From the NCBI RefSeq assembly GCF_033153115.1, contig NW_026889750.1, positions 42,160,001-42,224,000 of the forward strand: a DNA stretch of 64,000 bases. Reading direction: 5' to 3'. The translations under genes and the position numbers were made by a program. Below, one piece after another: positions 36,723-50,020 of this stretch. Every line of letters starts with the position of its first letter. The stretch's first letter is position 1. The notes under the pieces were generated by a model that was given only the letters and a program-made list of their open reading frames with translations, ran no database searches and had not been told where the DNA came from. This DNA comes from Saccostrea echinata (taxonomy: Eukaryota).

Positions 36723-39700
36723 CTACTTTCCCTCGTATTCAGGACAAACTGCAAAGAAACACAAAGCAAATATTTAATAATAATAAAAGAAAATCTTAAA
36801 TGAAAATGAAGGTACATGTTTTAGACCCCTTTACATAAGGTAGCATTGAAGAGTAACAGAGGGAAAGCGGAAAGTTTCACACATACCCTGCTGCTGAAGA
36901 ACATTAACTTCCGTCACGTCATTTCCTGTCGTCGTGTATGTGAAGGTGTAGAAGCAGTTGTTATTGTTAAATACTTGGCACATTTTGGAGTTTGCAGAAC
37001 GTTGAGCTTCAGATAAAAATGAAATAAAAATATTATTATAAAATCAATGGGTATTTTCTTACTTTAACTATGTATCTGATATAACATGCAGGATAAAGTA
37101 TTCTTAAAATTCTCCAAAACTTATCTTTATAAAATAATGTTGAGATTCTTTGTGAATTCATGGTATGTTGATGATAAATCAATTACTCACGAATGAAAGG
37201 ACTCAAGGCTTGAATATTATATGATGCACAATTGATTCTGCATTCTCTCTCGTCTTTGTAGCCACTGAAGTCACTGAACGATGTACATGCCACACAGGAT
37301 TTAAGTTCATTACATTTTCCACCACAGTTCTGAAAATTAGTGTTTAACAAAAAACAAATTAACAAAGAGGTCATTTCGACCACAAAGCTCACATGAGTCA
37401 TATTTCTCTTCTCCTTCACCTTCACCTAGAGCTATCTCCGACAGTCACTAACTTCAGCATCTTGATTCTACTACAACACAGGGTCGATTATATATGTAAG
37501 TATGACTAGAAATTGACTTCCTGTTCTGTGGAAGAATTTAAGAATACATCAACTTCTAAATCAAACTTGAAATTTATTGTTTTCCTCCGAAGCTGTGCGA
37601 AAATGACTTAACAAACTTTCAAGAATCTACATTATTTGAGGATGATAACATTTACATCTGGCCCTGATGTTTTTAAGATGTTTCAAATCCCACATATATA
37701 CCTTTGTAAGAGTTTGCCACCTATTATACCTCTCCATTATCTCAGAAGCCAGGAATTGAAAAACTGACCTGAGTCTCTACCTAAGTAAGGTGAGCTACTA
37801 TAAGGTTATATTAATGTTGCTTTGTTATAGCATGAACAGTGTACCAGTGCAACACAGAAAATAACGATGATCATGATGATGAATTCAACAGAACTTTATT
37901 ACTGCAGAGGAAAAAAGAATGTTTATACCTGGCACTGTTCACAGGTTTGTCCGTAATACCCAGGGTTGCACTCGCACATTCCGCATTTACACATTCCATT
38001 GTTACTGCAGACATTCTACCATGAAAAAGAATTAAAATATTTATCACAATATTAAACTAAAATGCATCAATAACATCCATATTTTTTTTTAAACGTTAAC
38101 GTTTGATATGAGATTTTTAAAATCACTTGACAATATTTTGTAATTTTATAAGGAAGGTTCGTGTAAGCGATAATAAATGAATTAATTTCAAAAGCGCAGA
38201 TTTAACGTTATATGTCCTCGAAATCGGATGATCGTTGGGGATACGTCTAGTCCCCGTGACTTTGACCTTCTAGATCTATAAGAATTGAGGGAGGACAAAC
38301 ACTCTGTTCTTTAGCCACCTTCACGGTAAAATGTTCGGGATTGGAACAAATGAAAGCTTGAATTAATTTTAATATGTTGAATATTCATTTTTTCTTGTTT
38401 TTTTTCTGCATTTCACAAAATAAAGTGGAATCGTGGGAACTCCTCCAAACAAATAGAAATAACGACATAACTTACACCGCTTGAATCCGATGAACAAGTT
38501 GCGTTTTGTGGGCAAAGTTCTGTTGGGCAGTCTACAAAGAGTCATATAAAATCAAAGATGGAAATAAAAATAGTACAGACTTACACAGATATTTATAACA
38601 TTGGATTTTACACTAACCTTTCTTCATGGAAACTTCAAAGAATCTGTCATGAATAATTTGGAATTTCATTAAACACCCTTGTTCATCTCTGTACGTGCAC
38701 TTGTTAACATTGTCTGGAGTAAAACAAAGGAAAAAAGTTAAGATTATATTCAAACTTTAAATGGAAGTTAATGAATTTCATGATGATATTGTAGATTATA
38801 TTATATATACCAGGGAATCCTCGGACTCGTCTGAAAGTTGGTGCAAAACGCCTTCCTCCACAGAACTGGCGACACATTGCATTAGGCATAGGTGAACCAG
38901 AGAACACAAAGCAGTCCACACATTTCCCGTAATCAGGACATTGATCCTTACAATTCTAATAAAAATAAAAAAAATGTTTTTAAAAAACATTCATTCGATG
39001 AAACACAGGTGTTAACCTAAAGAGGGGGGGGGGGGGAGAGGGGGGGTTACCTCGCATTCAATGTCATCAGCAGGAGATCCAAGCGGAAGTTTATTCAGTG
39101 ATTCTTCAGGTATGGTGAATCTTGTACCCATTCCGCCACCCGCGGCCCCAATAGGGATTCCGCCTCCCATTGGTCTTATAACTGGCTTTTCTACCACGAC
39201 AGGTGCCCCGGTGGTAGTGGGTCTATCAGCGTCTGTACAGACACACTTGCTGTTGCCTTTGCTACCTTTGGAATCTTTCCATTTGCAGGTAGGGGCATTT
39301 GTTTTCTAGAATTTTCAATAAACAGTATAATTTAAGATCTTTTTTTTTTATTTTCGTTATAACTTTTATTTCTCCAGTGGAGTTGAACCAACATACCTTT
39401 GTGCTGCATTTACAAGGTTCAATCCCGGAGGCAAAGATTCGAAGAACTTGTTTTAGTTTGCCGATTTTGACCCTAAGTTTTAACTTCTTTTTCCTGCAAC
39501 ACAAGTGCTCTCAGAGGTCGAGTACATGTATGTGCTAAATATAGATATAATAATACACTATAAATAGAAATTACAGAATCTTCTTATGAAAATCTAGTAG
39601 AGATTTTGTACACTTGACAATTTTAAGACATTTAAAATCTAAATACAACTCACTCTTTCGTTGTCATATCCTTCAAAAATTTCACCTTTACTGTTATGTA

Positions 39701-40613
39701 AAACTGTCAAATAAAACTCAATTAATTAAAAATGAAATTCAGTTTTGATACGTTATACAATAAAAAGAATACACTGAAATTCTAAAAATGATGCAGAAAC
39801 AAGTTTTTCTGTAAGGAACCGTTTCTTTTTTGTTAAGAATACTTTAAACCTAAAATAGATAATTATATCGATAAAATTAATTGCGTCTTACCTCTTCTCC
39901 TCGCTTCAATTTTTTACATTTTACTTTGTATGGATTTTTCTTTGAAACAACTCTAGAAGTGAAAATATCAAACGTAAAAAAATATCTTTCGCATATTAAT
40001 TATTATGGCTAAGCATTTACAGACCGCGTGTAATAAAGTCTTAATTCCCCGTTACCTCTTACTGCACTCCACGTCTACGGTGACCTGTACTGGGTCGTCA
40101 TTTCCAGGTTTTGGTAAAATAACAACAGCTGTGACCTGTGAATATCAAATCATCAAATTCAAAGAATTTAGAGGAAATATACGATTTGTGGTCAATAAGC
40201 AAATGATTGGGTGTAACAACTAGGAAGATGAGAGATTTTGTAGTGTAAACATGGACAGTGTAGATATACCTTCTTTTTCCTGGACATTGTATCAGGTACC
40301 TTCACACCAATTCTGTGATCGGTTACACCACCTGCATAAGGTAAAATATAATAGTTTTGATAGAGACAATAAAGAATTTTCCGTTTTTTTTTTAACATTA
40401 CCCGACTTTTACTCGAAGTAGTTCGCTGTTTCAGACACCAATATTTAATATCATGGGTGTGTTTGCTGTAATAGTTAGTTTCATCCAATATACCTGTTAA
40501 TGTGTTCTCTATAATTGATGATATGCATTGTTAATATGGGGCTTACCTTTACGACCTGCATACTTGTTGATATCATTCCCTATAATAACCGAATCGGAAA
40601 ACCCCCTGCTCTG

Positions 40614-40669
<56 letters not shown>

Positions 40670-42094
40670 TTAAAGGAAAATAAAACATTCTGTTCATAAA
40701 TCTGACTAATTTTGTGAAAATAAAAAAAAAGATGTACATGTAGTTTGAATATTATTTCAAGTTGACTTACTTTAATGTAGGTTAGCTTTGTAGGCCAGTG
40801 GACAAGACTTCCAGGGCACTTCTGTCTCATTTTGAAATTTCTTATGTACATACAGCGAGGACCGGAAGTAAAGTTCTATTAAAAAAATATACATTTTCAG
40901 AATATAAATGTTAATAATATTGTGAAAAATCCATGATTTTCATATGATATTTTAAGAGAATTTTAGTGTCTTTCTCGTAAAAGTATTTCATAAGTGGCTG
41001 TATAACAATACAAGTGTGTCGTCTTCAACATCTGCAGCACTTCGGAAGTGCTTGAGTGGATCCTACCGAGTATTCGCAGCCGCTATCTACCCTTGACATT
41101 GTTAAATACGTGCTGATAAATGTGTACAAATAACCCCAGGCCCGTAGGAAGCAATTTCACTATGAAGGGGCACAACTATACATATAAAAATTTAAAAAAA
41201 AAAAAAAAAAAGTTAATCAGACGTTTTTATAGAGGGGCACAAGCATATAGTAGTTATGTTATCTATAGTATTCTATATATCGGCAAAATTATTGGGGTAT
41301 GGGCACCCCCCACCCCCCCCCCCCCCGGTTCCTACGGCCATGAACCCCTTCTATTAAGTATAAATACCATCTACTATCTCGACTATAATTAATGTTAAAA
41401 AAACGTTCTCAACTCTATATGTGTTGGACTCGAACAAGTGCAAAATACAATCTCCATATCGTTACTCAACTCACTGATGAGAAACTTAATATTCGAAAGT
41501 CCCAACCCAAAGAATGAAGTGCATTATTGCTGTTTATTACCATAAATGTAGTCTTCAAATGAACAGATTTATTCAATATGATGGAACATGCAAATACTCA
41601 AAACATAAAACAGATTTACATGCTTTTTCCTTATGTTTATTTATTTATTATTTATTTATTTATTTCTTGAACCCACGTGAATGCCACTTATTGGAATTCA
41701 CAAGCTTATGATAAAATGTTTATGATAATATCTGATGATGATTTTTTTGAACTCAGACCCCCCCCCCCCCCCACTAATACAAACACCCTACCTGTATCAA
41801 ATTTTACGATTAGTTCAGAATTAATTATACAAACAAATATTTATCAAACCAAACTGACCGCGGCTCCACACCAGATACATCTTCCAGACTCGCTGTTTCT
41901 CATGCATTCTTCACAGGTGTTCCCAAAACAATTTTCTTCTTCTGAAATGTATTGGGGGAATTGCAAATAAAGTATTGGCTTCGTTATCTCGTAAACTGAA
42001 GGCATTATTTTACTACAGTACATCAATGCTTAAACTTACCAGACACCGCCATACTGAACAGCAAGGCCAACGAAAGAAGCCCGAACACTCTCAT
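36723..42094 (-). CDS. Secreted integrin-beta-like protein (523 aa, 17 coding exons): signal-PSI-hybrid (no beta-I)-EGF-like/linker-beta tail-EGF-beta tail, no TM
   Basis: Exons 42094-42040, 41941-41859, 40875-40771, 40610-40547, 40331-40270, 40135-40056, 39952-39892, 39703-39654, 39493-39397, 39305-39051, 38946-38811, 38713-38618, 38531-38476, 38015-37929, 37329-37191, 37006-36887, 36748-36723. All GT-AG and phase-compatible, 1572 nt. PSI: CFGNTCEECM..CIWC..FTSGPRC..C. I-EGF: CSNNGMCKCGMCECNPGYYGQTCEQC. Beta tails: CPDYGKCVDCFVF..CTYRDEQGCLMKF and CNELKSCVACTSF..CQVFNNNNCFYTFTY. Ends VCPEYEGK*. Candidate 5' UTR exon donor at 42894. Confidence 0.88.
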
Positions 42095-44063
42095 CTTGAA
42101 GAAAGCTAGATGGACAGGAAAAAATACAATGTACATATAGACAGAAAATGGAGAAACTGAAAAGGTTATCTTAAATCTCAAACAAAGGGTCCTGATACCA
42201 CCCCCTCCCCGATATACCCTGTGTGGCTTTTTGACTTTTTTAAAAAATATTTTCCCGCATTAATTGATAAAAAAAAATTCCATACTATTATAATAACGTT
42301 ATTATTGTATGGACTTTTTTTTTTATCAATAAAGAGAATTATGTAAAAACGTCAGGTACCTGTACTGTGATCTTATCAATACACTATGAATTCGGAATTT
42401 ACCTCGACAAAAATCCTGATTCATTTTGTGTACATCACCTTGTTTTATATACATGTTTAGAGTGGGATCGAATTTGAGTGAACACCTTCATTATCATAAT
42501 TACTCAGTTCAAAACACAATTAATTACATTAGGTACAAATGACACCTGAAAAACTATTCAGATTCCTTTTTAAAATGCCCTGAATTCCGGTCTTGTTTTA
42601 TAGTGGAATTTTAAATGGAAACCTTATGTTGTACTTCCTTATCTAAACTGTATTCAAGAACGAAGCTTTTTTTAAACATTTACACGCATGTCATGCAAAA
42701 TACCATTTTCTTATCAAAAACCACTCTTTTATGTTGATTTAGTTACCTGAAATTTAAATTTAAGAGATGACCAATTGTCAATTTGAACTTCATTGAAAAT
42801 AAGTTTGCTTTTACAATTTGTAATGCTTAAATTATAGTATTTTTGAAAAGATTCGACAAAAAAGAGGAAAAAAGGAACAAGTATCTATACATACCAGTTT
42901 GTTCCAGAGACGACTGATTAATGACTTGTATACATACAGTTCCACTAGAGCCACTCAGGGCTCTTTGGCACGTGGGCAGGGATCAAGTTAATCAGGAAAT
43001 GGCTTTCAGAGATATGTGGTAATCAGCTGGCCAAGCTGTTCGCTTATAGGCCAGGAAAGGGTCGGAGTTAACAAGGGTAAACAAAAACATGTTTACATGA
43101 TAGAAAATACAAATATTTGTCACAAAATTGACACATTTTGCCGTATTATGAAAGAGTCATGGGTACCGTTAGACAAGGTGTGAATGGGTTAAGGGAGATT
43201 GTGAAATATTAATTGTGATAGCAGGTACTGTGATGTTTTCAAAAAATTACGCAATCTTTGGGTTTTGAATGTTTCTGATTACCATCACTGCAGTACTGTA
43301 ATTTAAGAAGACTTTGTGTTTCCAAGCCGTTTTATCATTTCAGGAGTTTGCCATGCACGCGTTCATATATACTGCAAGAATATATGTATTACATTATATC
43401 CTCGGACACTCTTGGATCATACTTATTCGCTTGTCCCTGCCTACGTATGAATTGTAGATATTTGAGTACCATTTAGCGTAATCTCATAATGGCCACTGAA
43501 GAGTTGGATAGTCAGCGGAAGATGCTTGTTGAATGAAGAGGTGTAAATAATCTGTGTTCACAATTAAAATATCATTTCAAGCCTGCTTATGCTGCATAGA
43601 AAGGTTATAACTTTTGGGGGTTTAGAGAAATAAAAGACAGTAAAAGATATTAAGAACGTTGTAGACGTAATTTTTAACATGAGGTCTGTAGACGCAATAC
43701 TCATCTGGATCACTTTGACTTAACTGTTCTTCTTCAGATTTCCCCCCTCAATATTTCCATGAAAAAAATTGACCCCATTCCTTAAAAACCCAAAGATTTT
43801 CCTTCCTCTTTATCGTATGTAACATATCCACTTTCATCCTAGTGACCTTGACCTATGATATTGACAATTTTTTCCATAAAATCTAACGAATTTTAACTGA
43901 AAGCTGTCGCGTAGGCTGACACTTTTATAGGACAGTCACTTTCGTCTTTTTTAGCTCATCTGAACGAAGTTGGACGGGAGCTTATGTAAAACCCTCGGCG
44001 TCGGCGTCAGTGTCGGCGTCCCAGGTTAACGTATTTAGAGCAGATTTCTTTTCAAGTACTTCT

Positions 44064-44410
44064 TATGGAATGAGGATAGTAGTTCACTATCGCACCATCG
44101 AGCATCGACTTGAGGGTCGATGGCGCCATGCGATGAAGCGATGGCACGAAGACAAGACGGTGCGATGACGATGATGCGATAGCACGAAAATGCGATGACG
44201 ATGGTGCGATAGCACGTTAGAGCGATAGTAAACATCGCTTCCTCGCACAATTATGCTATCGCTGAACATCGTGCCATTGCATCATCATTGTCGCGCCATC
44301 GCTTCATTGTCATCGCACCATCGCTTCATCGTAATTGCACCATCGACCCAAATCTCGATGGTGCTATGATGCAATAGTGAACTATTATATGGCCCTATCC
44401 GGATTCCATA
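44064..44410. mobile_element. MITE with catcg/cgatg internal micro-repeats
   Basis: Termini tatggaat...attccata, internal inverted atagtagttcactatcgca / tgcaatagtgaactattat, and an apparent cttct duplication on both flanks. Confidence 0.75.
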
Positions 44411-45193
44411 CTTCTATGCCCTATATTAATCAGAGATGCATGGACGATGGTTCTAGTGTGTTTCATTGTACCAATCATTATCAAGGTTTTAGATTTCAGC
44501 CAAAGAATGGCCAGGTTAATGTTTTTGGAGCAGGTTTAATTTCCAAGTACATGTAACTATAAGCCCTACATTGACTAAATTTGCATGGATGATACATCTA
44601 AGGATGCACATTGCCAGGTTCCAACGGATGCTTGATCTGACCTACATTTTCCGGATGAGTGACCAAGATAATGTTTTTTGAACAGGCATGGGAAGAAATT
44701 CTGTGGATTTTCTCCGGTGTTGCTTTAGACTGAATTCAATCAAAGCGCAATTAACGCTAATCTTTATATTACCCATGAGAGTGATGCGAGACAAATGATG
44801 GCAGCACTGTTGAGGGAAGGATCCAACATTTTTTTCAGATTTAAAATTAAAGCTTTAAAAGAACAATATAATATAAGGCCTTTCGGGGGGGGGGGGGGCG
44901 TGATTTCAATTTCCTACGTGCTCAATAATAATAACGAGTTTAAAATGAAACATATAATTATAGAAAATAAACGAGTAAACGATAAACAAATTAAAATAAA
45001 AAGGAAATTAAATTCCATGTCTGAGTTTGTAACCCTTATTTTTTTTTTTTTTTTTAGAAAATATAAGCGTATCACAGGTTACTAAAGTAATGCCATATAA
45101 AAACACAGGTTTTTTCATAAATATGTCTTCGGATGTATACGGGGTGGAATGGGCTGATTTTAGGGCATAGATGGGAAGGAGAGTGTCTGGGGG

Positions 45194-48100
45194 ATATCAT
45201 TTAGCAAAGCGATTAAATAGTAAAAATTCTTGTTTAGAAAATAAAGCTAATCTTCAATTAGAAAGCAAAAGCTATAAAAAGATACTGGATTCATGTATAA
45301 AAGATTATAGAAAAGGCATGACAAAAAACTTGAAATCACTACGCTCTACAAATACTCGAGATTACTGGAAAATTTTAAATGGTCCAAATATGTCAAATAA
45401 ATGTGCTGTAGATATTAATGCTATGTATGATTTTCTTAAGGGCATCAATGAAGGTTATGATAATGACGTAGAAGATGGTGATACTTTAAGGTTCTCAACA
45501 GACAGCCATGAATGTGATGATTTTTTGAACTTTGAGATTAGTGAGGAAGAAATTTTATTTGCAGTAAAAAAATTGAAAAATAATAAGGCCGCAGGCTACG
45601 ATCAATTGTTAAACGAACATATTTCATCAACAGTATCTATTTTTTTGCCTGTATACAAAAAAATGTTTAATTTGATTTTTGATAGTGGAGTCATTCCAGA
45701 CGAATGGCTCACAGGTATTGTCAAACCGATTTTCAAAAATAAAGGCGACCCAACAAATCCAGAAAATTATCGTCCAATAACACTTTTAAGTTGTCTTGGT
45801 ACGCAGCTAGGTTAAGGACTCCCATATATACGTCAGTCTATGCCGAGGTTCGGGAAAGCTATTATGACGTCACGTTAAAGCAATGCAAATGAATCTCGAT
45901 AAATAAATACTATATGTTCTTTTTAAAACAAACTAAATACTTTCGTTTCTCACAAATATTATAAAAATAATTGAGTGTGCAACTTATCTTGCCATAATAG
46001 CACTTAGCGTTTGTAGAATGAAAGCCAGCTTGATCTCGCTGTACTTACTGAGATGACGTCATTTCTTAGTTTGACACGCAGTTTCTCTGTACTTGAGGCG
46101 TGGATCAAGCTTTTATCATAGCTTGTAAAAATAAAATTAATGACGAAACACGCGTAGTCCGACCAAAATAGAGACGTATTCTGAAATATATTAATCTACA
46201 TTATATTGTCAAACTAAATTGATCATGTGTAGACATAATATATAAGCCGTAGGGAGCACATCTGTACAGTAACGTGCTAGAATGACAGGTCCAGTCCTTC
46301 GAAAATGTCAAAAAGTTCAACGATATCCGCTTCACTATAAATTCTGAATTTTTAAACACGTGTAGCTATTATTCCTACTATTCTGAAAAGTGCTGGGAGC
46401 TGGTTGTGCATTGTTTATTTATTTCGTAATGTAACATTATTCTAATGTGTATTATATCTATGTCTGGAGTTTACAGAAAGACGGCAAAATTTTACAAATT
46501 TCCCGAGCACGAGGAAGTTGCTCCCAGCACTTTTCATGTTAAGGAATTTGTCTCAAAGAAAACAAAATAAATTTTATAGCGGAAAGAGGCCCGTATATCG
46601 TTGAACTTTTACGATCTTTGTAGTAGTACATATATGTTCTAATTGTAAACCTGTCACGTGACAAACAGCTGATGTAAGCGAAGTCGCATTGGCCGAACTC
46701 AGCAGAGACCCGATATATACAAGTGCACACACCACGATTCACATTCATCAAAACTAATGCTGTTATAAAAAATATTAAAATTGTATTCATTTTCCCTGAA
46801 TATATTAAGGCGTATATTTCATGGGCGTCCTTAACCTAGCTGCGTAAGCTTTTTACCTCCATTTTATGTAAACGTTTGGAATGCTATGTAGAGAATTTAA
46901 ACCTTATAAGTGAAAGTCAAACTGGCTTCAGGAAAGGATATTCGACCTTAGATAATATACTGACTTTACATTTTCTTACAAATATGGTTATGTCTTTCAA
47001 AAAGAAACTTTTCTGTGCTTTTGTTGACTTTAAACAGGCATTCGACACGGTGTGGAGAAATGGGCTTTGGTACAAATTGTTAAATAATGGCATTAGTGGT
47101 AAATGTTTTACATTTATAAAAAATATGTATAATGGAGTTAAGTCCCTTGTGACTATGAATGGTTTTTCATCTGAGTTTTACAACTGTAACATTGGTGTAC
47201 GCCAAGGAGAAAATTTATCGCCTCTCTTGTTTTCTATGTATATTAATGATTTAGAAGAATTTCTCATTAGTAAAAATGTGCATGGGCTATCCTTTAATGC
47301 AAGCAGTTCAAATACTGTAGAAAACCAATTTTGGCTGTATTTTAAATTATTTATTTTGTTCTATGCTGACGATACAGTTATGATGTCTGAGTCTGCTGAG
47401 GGTTTGCAACACGCTCTTAATGAGTTTCATTCGTATTGTTTACAATGGAAACTGAATGTCAATGTAGACAAAACAAAAATTATGATTTTTTCGAAAGGTC
47501 CATCTGTAAAAAATGTATTCTACTACAATAATTCTGTTATTGAAATTGTGAATGAATTTAAATACCTAGGTATACTATTTTCCCGATCCGGTTCATTTTG
47601 TAAGGCTAAAAAACATTTATGTGAGCAAGCTCAAAAAGCCATGTATGGTGCTATACGAAAAATTAGACAATTTAATTTACCAGTAGATTGCCAGCTTGAT
47701 TTGTTCGATAAAGTTGTCACACCAGTACTTTTGTATGGATGCGAGATATGGGGTTTTGAGAACATTGAAATAATTGAACGCGTCCATCTCAAGTTTTTGA
47801 AATATATTTTTAATCTGAAAAGTAGTACTCCTAGTTATATGGTTTATGGCGAAACGGGTCGATTCCCTTTGTATATAACGGTGTATATAAGAATGATATC
47901 ACATTGGGCAAAATTACTGGTAAGCCCTGAAAATAAGATTGTTTATGTTACATATAAGAATTTATTTGAACAGTTTTGTTCAGGAAGTCATAAGAACCCT
48001 TGGATTTTATGTATTAAGAATATACTTGATACTTGTGGCTTCTCAAATATATGGAATGAACAGGCCTTTTTAAATATAAAATGGCTAAAAATTATAGTTG

Positions 48101-48719
48101 AACAACGTCTTAAAGATCAGTACATACAGAAATGGCAAAGTGATATGCGCGATTCGTCTAAAGGTCATATGTATAGTATCTTCAAAACAGAATTTGGATT
48201 TGAAAAATATTTAGACTTTCTACCTAAAAAATTTAGAACAATTTTAATTAAATTAAGAACAGCAAATCATCATCTCCCAGTTGAGACTGGGAGATGGTTT
48301 GGAATTCCCAAAAATGATAGACTCTGTAATATCTGTAATAATGGACAAATAGCTGATGAGTATCACTATATTTTAGAATGTCAATTTTTCTCAGAATGCA
48401 GAAAAAAGTATCTACCGGGTAAATATTGTAATAGACCAAATTTCTACAAATTCTCAGAATTGTTGTCAACTGCTGACTCCAAGGTATTAATCAAACTATG
48501 CAGCTACATAGATAGGGTATATGAACAAGTCTGTCCTCCATAATTATTATTATTATTATTATTATTATTTTTTTTTTTTTTTTTTGGTTACTTTATAATT
48601 TGAATGTATTTCCGCCATTTCACGTGTATCTTGCATATTGTTTTTGTATATATTGTACATAGAACCTCATGTACCATTAATTGGTTTGAGTGAATAAATT
48701 GAACTTGAACTTGAACTTG
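45194..48719 (+). mobile_element. 5'-truncated non-LTR retrotransposon (LINE); RT plus C-terminal CCHC; ORF split by a MITE
   Basis: RT motifs NYRPITLLS, QTGFRKG, FVDFKQAFD, GVRQGENLSP, YADD, KYLG and a C-terminal CNIC..DEYHYILEC. 3' AATAAA plus (TTGAAC)n tail. No endonuclease domain present. Clade (RTE-X or L2/Crack-like) not determinable by eye. Confidence 0.95.
45802..46844. mobile_element. 1043-bp non-autonomous TIR transposon with TA target duplication
   Basis: 24-bp TIR cgcagctaggttaaggac(t/g)cccat with one mismatch. TA at 45800-45801 and 46845-46846. Excision restores CLGKLFTSILCKRLE. Confidence 0.95.
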
Positions 48720-49986
48720 GAAAAGAATTAAAATTTCAAATATTGAGAAATATTGCCTTTGAATGCGTAGTAGGAAGGGTGTAAATAGGCCATGTTTACC
48801 TTCTTCTCAAGGGGTAAGTTAAATATGCAGGGTATGGGGTAACTCACGGTGTCTTAGAGGGACTTGTACACTATAGATTCTCCTGAGATTTAAAAATATT
48901 TTAAGGCTATAATAAAAAAAGAAATCGCTAAATTTCAAGATAAATTTAATTAATTCTAAATAAAATTTAAATAAATTCCACATGCAAAAAGGTAGAAGAA
49001 CGCGTGGTAGCAAAATCATATTGAGCATATTAAAGGAAATAAATGCTTTAATTATCAATGACATCCGAGGAAAATATTTGTAAAAGTATTTTTTTTTTTT
49101 TAGATCCACCTCTACAAGATTCTGCCATAAATTGTCTCGAATCACTCTTAGGGGAATATCGGTGATTAGCGTTAATAGCACTTGTATTGAGTTCAGCTCA
49201 TAGCTAAACCGGACGGGATTTCTTGGGATGTTCATTCTAAAGTAACTATATGCCCCATGTTGACCTAACTTGCATAGATGATACATGCACACAGTATGCA
49301 CACTGCTGGACCTGCTTAGGATACTGGATCTGACCTACATTTTCCAGATGAGTGACCAGGTCAAAGTTTTTGGAGCAGGCTCATTCCATTTGAACTTCAA
49401 GCCCTCCCTAGACCAAACTTGCGTGGATGGTGCATTAAGGGATGAATATTTAAAATTTGCTTTAGATGTTGGATTTTACTAAAAAAAAAAAAATAAATGG
49501 ATAATTAGTAGTTTAAGGATAGAACAAAACCATTCTCAAGTAACTGCATGCCCTATCAGACCAAAATTGTATAAATGTTGCATCTAGGGATGCACACTAC
49601 TAGATTATTAGTTTAGTGTGGGACTTTGCCTTACTTAAAATAAAGATACCATTCGTTGAGGTAAGCTCTGTAATCTCTGATAACCTAATAAGTTTTAACT
49701 CGGAGAATGCAATATTCTCAGGGTCTTGATGGTATACCTAAGTATCATGAGTTTCTCGTGCTGATCACTTTGGCCCTACAAGGAATTGAAACTTTAAACT
49801 CGTGTGTCAACTTTAAAATTTGATGTGGATTTTAATATAATCGTTGCCTTATTCATGCAGCTTGGCTTCAAGAAAATACAAGCAAAGAAGCTTAAGATAA
49901 CGTATGTATACTGTATTAAAAATGCATAATATACAACCAACTTAAACCACCCACGAGCCTGGCCCATGAATCCGGGTAAATGAATC

Positions 49987-50020
<34 letters not shown>

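Larger units (their letters stand above)
44688..49231. mobile_element. Long-TIR (~140 bp, imperfect) DNA element hosting the LINE
   Basis: 44693-44826 (…gcgcaattaacgctaatc…gagagtgatgcgagacaaatgatggcag…ggatc) is the diverged reverse complement of ~49102-49224 (gatcc…ctgccataaattgtctcgaatcactctta…gattagcgttaatagcac…). Confidence 0.75.
43949..49695 (+). mobile_element. HINE/Helentron-type host element carrying nested insertions
   Basis: Starts ttttttagctcatctgaac...gagctt, followed by a (cggcgt)n microsatellite. ~150-bp internal units (ccaggttaa.gtttttggagcagg...gatctgacctacattttcc.gatgagtga) are interrupted at ~44687 and resume at ~49232. Confidence 0.7.

Noticed and set aside
48819-49301. 160-aa minus-strand ORF
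   Set aside because: It has AT-biased F/L/I/K composition, spans a TIR and a HINE repeat, and has no domain or splice support.
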